Of a stretch of 20,000 nucleotides of DNA, positions 17,351 to 20,000 are shown one piece after another. The notes beneath the pieces are model-generated. The model was not told where the DNA came from. It saw nothing but the letters and a program-made list of their open reading frames with translations, and did no database searches. The DNA comes from an uncultured virus (IMG/VR IMGVR_UViG_3300029297_000290). Its lineage: Duplodnaviria > Heunggongvirae > Uroviricota > Caudoviricetes. The stretch's first letter is position 1. Every line of letters starts with the position of its first letter. The position numbers and the translations under genes were made by a program. The DNA lies in IMG/VR virus record IMGVR_UViG_3300029297_000290; one strand, written 5' to 3'.

Positions 17351-17385
17351 AAAAGCGGTCAAAATTACAAAATAGTTCCGCTTTT
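17351..17385. terminator. Possible weak bidirectional hairpin at the prophage end
   Basis: Inverted repeat AAAAGCGG (17351-17358) / CCGCTTTT (17378-17385) with a 19-nt loop. It overlaps the TAGTTCC repeats and could instead be part of the att region. Confidence 0.3.
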
Positions 17386-17446
17386 AGTTCCTATTTTAAT
17401 TAATATATTGATAATTTGTTTGATATATAGTTTATAGTGGAATCGT

Positions 17447-17482
17447 GATAGGGGCGTAGTGGAAGCGCCCCTATCTTTTTTT
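17447..17482 (+). terminator. Rho-independent terminator
   Basis: Perfect 10-bp stem GATAGGGGCG (17447-17456) / CGCCCCTATC (17466-17475) followed by T7 (17476-17482). Confidence 0.85.
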
Positions 17483-17517
17483 CTCGGAATGAATCATCAT
17501 CTTTTTTGTGTAGATTG

Positions 17518-17549
17518 TTTGTGTGTTTATATATAAATAGGTAACTTTG
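17518..17549 (+). promoter_or_regulatory. Bacteroidetes primary-sigma promoter (-33 TTTG / -7 TAnnTTTG) for the SGNH-MBOAT operon
   Basis: TTTG at 17518-17521 and TAACTTTG at 17542-17549 with a 20-nt spacer match the Bacteroides consensus. The site is about 130 bp upstream of the ATG at 17683. Confidence 0.7.
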
Positions 17550-17682
17550 TATTCCGAATTTTTCATGAGGTAAATATTGCCGTGTGATTGAATTGATTCG
17601 AAAAAAAAGGAGATGAAACTTCAAATCTGAACGCAACAACAGAAACAACGAGTAAACAACGAGTTATCTATTTCATTGCAAC

Positions 17683-18480
17683 ATGAAATCTAATTATACA
17701 GGTATATGGCTGCTGCTTACATGCGCTTTGGCCATAATGATTTTTGTAAGTTTTTCCGACGACATATCGGTAGGAGGATGGACTGTCAAGAAAGCACCGT
17801 TTGCAGAAACGATTTATCCATGCAAGTTTACGGATACTGAGCTTAACGGATACCGTACCGTAACGCAAGACAGTATTAAGGATTCCCTCAAAGAATTTAA
17901 AGTGGTGGAAACTGACAGTATGCCCAAGTCAATATTTATGTTTGGCGACTCAATGACCTATAATCTTGCCCGCCGCCTTGCAAAATATGCCAAGCAGAAC
18001 GGTCATGAACTTCATGCCGTTAACTGGGATTCAAGCAATACTAAGATATGGGCGGAATCAGATACTCTTGCATATTTCCTCAATAAGTATAATCCCGACT
18101 ATATATTCATATCGTTGGGAAGCAACGAGGTCTATTTCAAGGATCCAACAAAAAGAATGCCTTACGTGAAGAAAATACTATCATTGATTGGAGATATCCC
18201 CTATGTATGGATTGGACCTCCCAACTGGAACGAGGAGACAAAGATCAACGATATGCTTGAGGCTACATGTGCGCCGGGTTCTTTCTTCCGCTCACAGGGT
18301 ATGAAGTTTGTCCGCCAGCAAGATCATATCCACCCGACACGAGCTTCTTCCGAACAATGGATGGATAGTATAATGCGGTGGTTGCCGAAATCCGCCCATC
18401 CCATATTGGCAGTTACTCCCTCCGACAGCATAAAGAAAGTGCAAAATAAGGTAGTGTTCCTAAAGGCATTAAACAGATAG
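17683..18480 (+). CDS. SGNH/GDSL hydrolase-fold protein, membrane-anchored; probable periplasmic partner of an O-acetylation system
   Basis: N-terminal hydrophobic anchor, block I FGDSM, block III LGSNE and block V DHIHP (DxxH). Ends 8 bp upstream of an MBOAT gene. Confidence 0.85.
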   Translation: MKSNYTGIWLLLTCALAIMIFVSFSDDISVGGWTVKKAPFAETIYPCKFTDTELNGYRTVTQDSIKDSLKEFKVVETDSMPKSIFMFGDSMTYNLARRLAKYAKQNGHELHAVNWDSSNTKIWAESDTLAYFLNKYNPDYIFISLGSNEVYFKDPTKRMPYVKKILSLIGDIPYVWIGPPNWNEETKINDMLEATCAPGSFFRSQGMKFVRQQDHIHPTRASSEQWMDSIMRWLPKSAHPILAVTPSDSIKKVQNKVVFLKALNR

Positions 18481-18488
18481 TAAGAATT

Positions 18489-20000
18489 ATGGAGGATATA
18501 AGTAATTTATTTGATCCCAAATATATCTCGCCCATTCAGGAGGCAGCTAAAAATATATGGCATCTTTTGGCTTACGATCCCTCGGCCCCGATGCTATTCT
18601 CGAGTGGATTGTTCTGGATGCTCTTCATCATCTTCCTGCCGATTTATGCGATGCTTAAAAACCGCCGGGGGCAGATGGTGCTCTTTGTGGTCTGCTTCTC
18701 ATTATATTTCTATTATAAGTCGAGTGGCTTCTTCTTTCTGATGCTGATTGCCACGTCAATGGTCGACTGGTTCGTGTCGCATATCATATACCGTCTGAAG
18801 GTGAGGCGAGCCAGACTGTGTATGATGTGGTTCTCCATTATAATCTCTCTCTCCATATTGGGATATTTCAAATACGCTAATTTCTTCCTTTGGAACTGGA
18901 ATCAGATGGTGGAGGGTAATTTCCAACCGTTGGATATAATCTTGCCGGTAGGCATCTCTTTCTATACTTTCCAGTCGATAAGCTACGTGGTTGATGTCTA
19001 TAAAGAACGTATCGCCCCGACTGAGAACTGGCTTGACTATCTGTTTTTCCTTTCATTTTTCCCCGCGCTTGTGGCTGGCCCGATAGTCAGGGCTGATTAT
19101 TTCCTCCCGCAGCTTGAGCGTAATGAACGAGCATCCAATGCCGACATCTGGGGAGGGTTGTGGCTCATAATCATTGGCATAATAAAGAAGGCAGTCATCG
19201 CTGATTATATTGCCCAATATAATGACCTGGTTTTTGATGAGCCTTCGTTGTATACCGGTGTGCAGGCATTGATGGGTGTATTGGGATATACGATGCAGAT
19301 ATATTGCGACTTTTCCGGATATTCCGATATGGCGATAGGTCTTGCCCTCTTGATGGGATTTCATCTCGGCATAAATTTCGATTCCCCCTATCAGAGCCGG
19401 AATCTCACGGAGTTCTGGCGGCGGTGGCATATATCGTTATCATCATGGTTGAGGGATTATGTCTACATACCACTGGGCGGAAATAGAAGGGGAGTGTTCC
19501 GCACGTATCTGAATAATTTTCTGACAATGCTTATCGGTGGACTTTGGCACGGAGCTGCGTGGAAATTTATATTCTGGGGAGCAATGCATGGTGTGGGACT
19601 TGCCATTCATAAGGCATGTCGTCCTGTGTTAAGTCGCATTCCGGATAATTTTTTGACTATTTTTATAGGATGGTCTATTACCTTTGTGTATGTGTCGTTG
19701 CTGTGGGTGTTTTTCCGGGCGTCTGATTTTGCAACATCCGTACTTATAATAGAGAATATATTCCGAGATTTCAATCCGGCACAGATTCCTCAGTTCTTTG
19801 AGGCGAGAACGGAATGGTGTGTGATGATGATTATCCTAATAATATGCCATTTCCTGCCGCAACAGTGGGCGGATGTGTTGCAGTCGCTCTTTATAAGGAT
19901 GAATTGGGTGCTTAAATTGATAATATTCCTTCTGACGGTTCAGCTTGTTGTTGAATTTATGTCGGAAGAGGTAGCTCCGTTCATATATTTCCAATTTTGA
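18489..20000 (+). CDS. MBOAT family O-acyltransferase (AlgI/PatA/DltB-like; polysaccharide or peptidoglycan O-acetylation)
   Basis: Motifs LPVGISFYTFQSISY, FFPALVAGPI, QIYCDFSGYSDMAIG, EFWRRWHISLSSWLRDYVYIPLGG, GLWHGA and FIYFQF. Complete, with TGA at 19998-20000. Confidence 0.96.
   Translation: MEDISNLFDPKYISPIQEAAKNIWHLLAYDPSAPMLFSSGLFWMLFIIFLPIYAMLKNRRGQMVLFVVCFSLYFYYKSSGFFFLMLIATSMVDWFVSHIIYRLKVRRARLCMMWFSIIISLSILGYFKYANFFLWNWNQMVEGNFQPLDIILPVGISFYTFQSISYVVDVYKERIAPTENWLDYLFFLSFFPALVAGPIVRADYFLPQLERNERASNADIWGGLWLIIIGIIKKAVIADYIAQYNDLVFDEPSLYTGVQALMGVLGYTMQIYCDFSGYSDMAIGLALLMGFHLGINFDSPYQSRNLTEFWRRWHISLSSWLRDYVYIPLGGNRRGVFRTYLNNFLTMLIGGLWHGAAWKFIFWGAMHGVGLAIHKACRPVLSRIPDNFLTIFIGWSITFVYVSLLWVFFRASDFATSVLIIENIFRDFNPAQIPQFFEARTEWCVMMIILIICHFLPQQWADVLQSLFIRMNWVLKLIIFLLTVQLVVEFMSEEVAPFIYFQF

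Larger units (their letters stand above)
1..17440 (+). mobile_element. Right portion of a Bacteroidales prophage (tail/host-specificity module, lysis module, putative right end)
   Basis: Co-oriented tail fibre (S74), three hypothetical genes, holin, amidase and spanin-like gene are in the usual late-gene order. An AT-rich gap and a switch to cell-envelope genes follow. The right boundary is approximate (17350-17447) and the left end is outside the window. Confidence 0.88.

Noticed and set aside
17393..17420. dif/Xer site or tRNA 3' end as the integration target
   Set aside because: There is only a loose AT-rich resemblance to a XerD arm, and no T-loop/CCA tRNA signature on either strand.
17643..17664. 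Tandem 11-mer AAACAACGAGT x2 in the leader of the SGNH gene
   Set aside because: The repeat is real but has only two copies in an A/C-rich leader, with no evidence of function.

Overview
The window most likely covers the right-hand end of an integrated Bacteroidales prophage (1 to about 17,440), followed by two host genes. Bases 1-12,909 are one uninterrupted + strand frame of more than 4,300 codons, open from base 1, so the start lies upstream. It encodes a giant mosaic tail/host-specificity protein. In order it carries a Bacteroidetes-phage-type N-terminus, collagen-like and other repeats of the kind seen in Firmicutes phage antireceptors, two low-GC carbohydrate-binding-like cassettes, two tandem ~650-aa fibre modules, and a C-terminal peptidase S74 chaperone. 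Three hypothetical tail-associated genes follow, then a lysis cassette (holin, Amidase_3 endolysin, spanin-like protein). A short hairpin-rich or decayed segment and an AT-rich putative att end close the element. Beyond a terminator and a Bacteroidetes-type promoter lie an SGNH-hydrolase gene and an MBOAT O-acyltransferase gene. The most notable signal is in-frame, perfectly identical direct repeats (37 bp and 44 bp) that bracket whole modules of the tail gene, plus compositionally foreign cassettes between conserved anchors. This suggests recombination-driven module gain, loss and swapping. No reverse transcriptase, invertase, integrase, CRISPR array or RNA gene is visible. All family assignments come from motif recognition by eye, not database searches.
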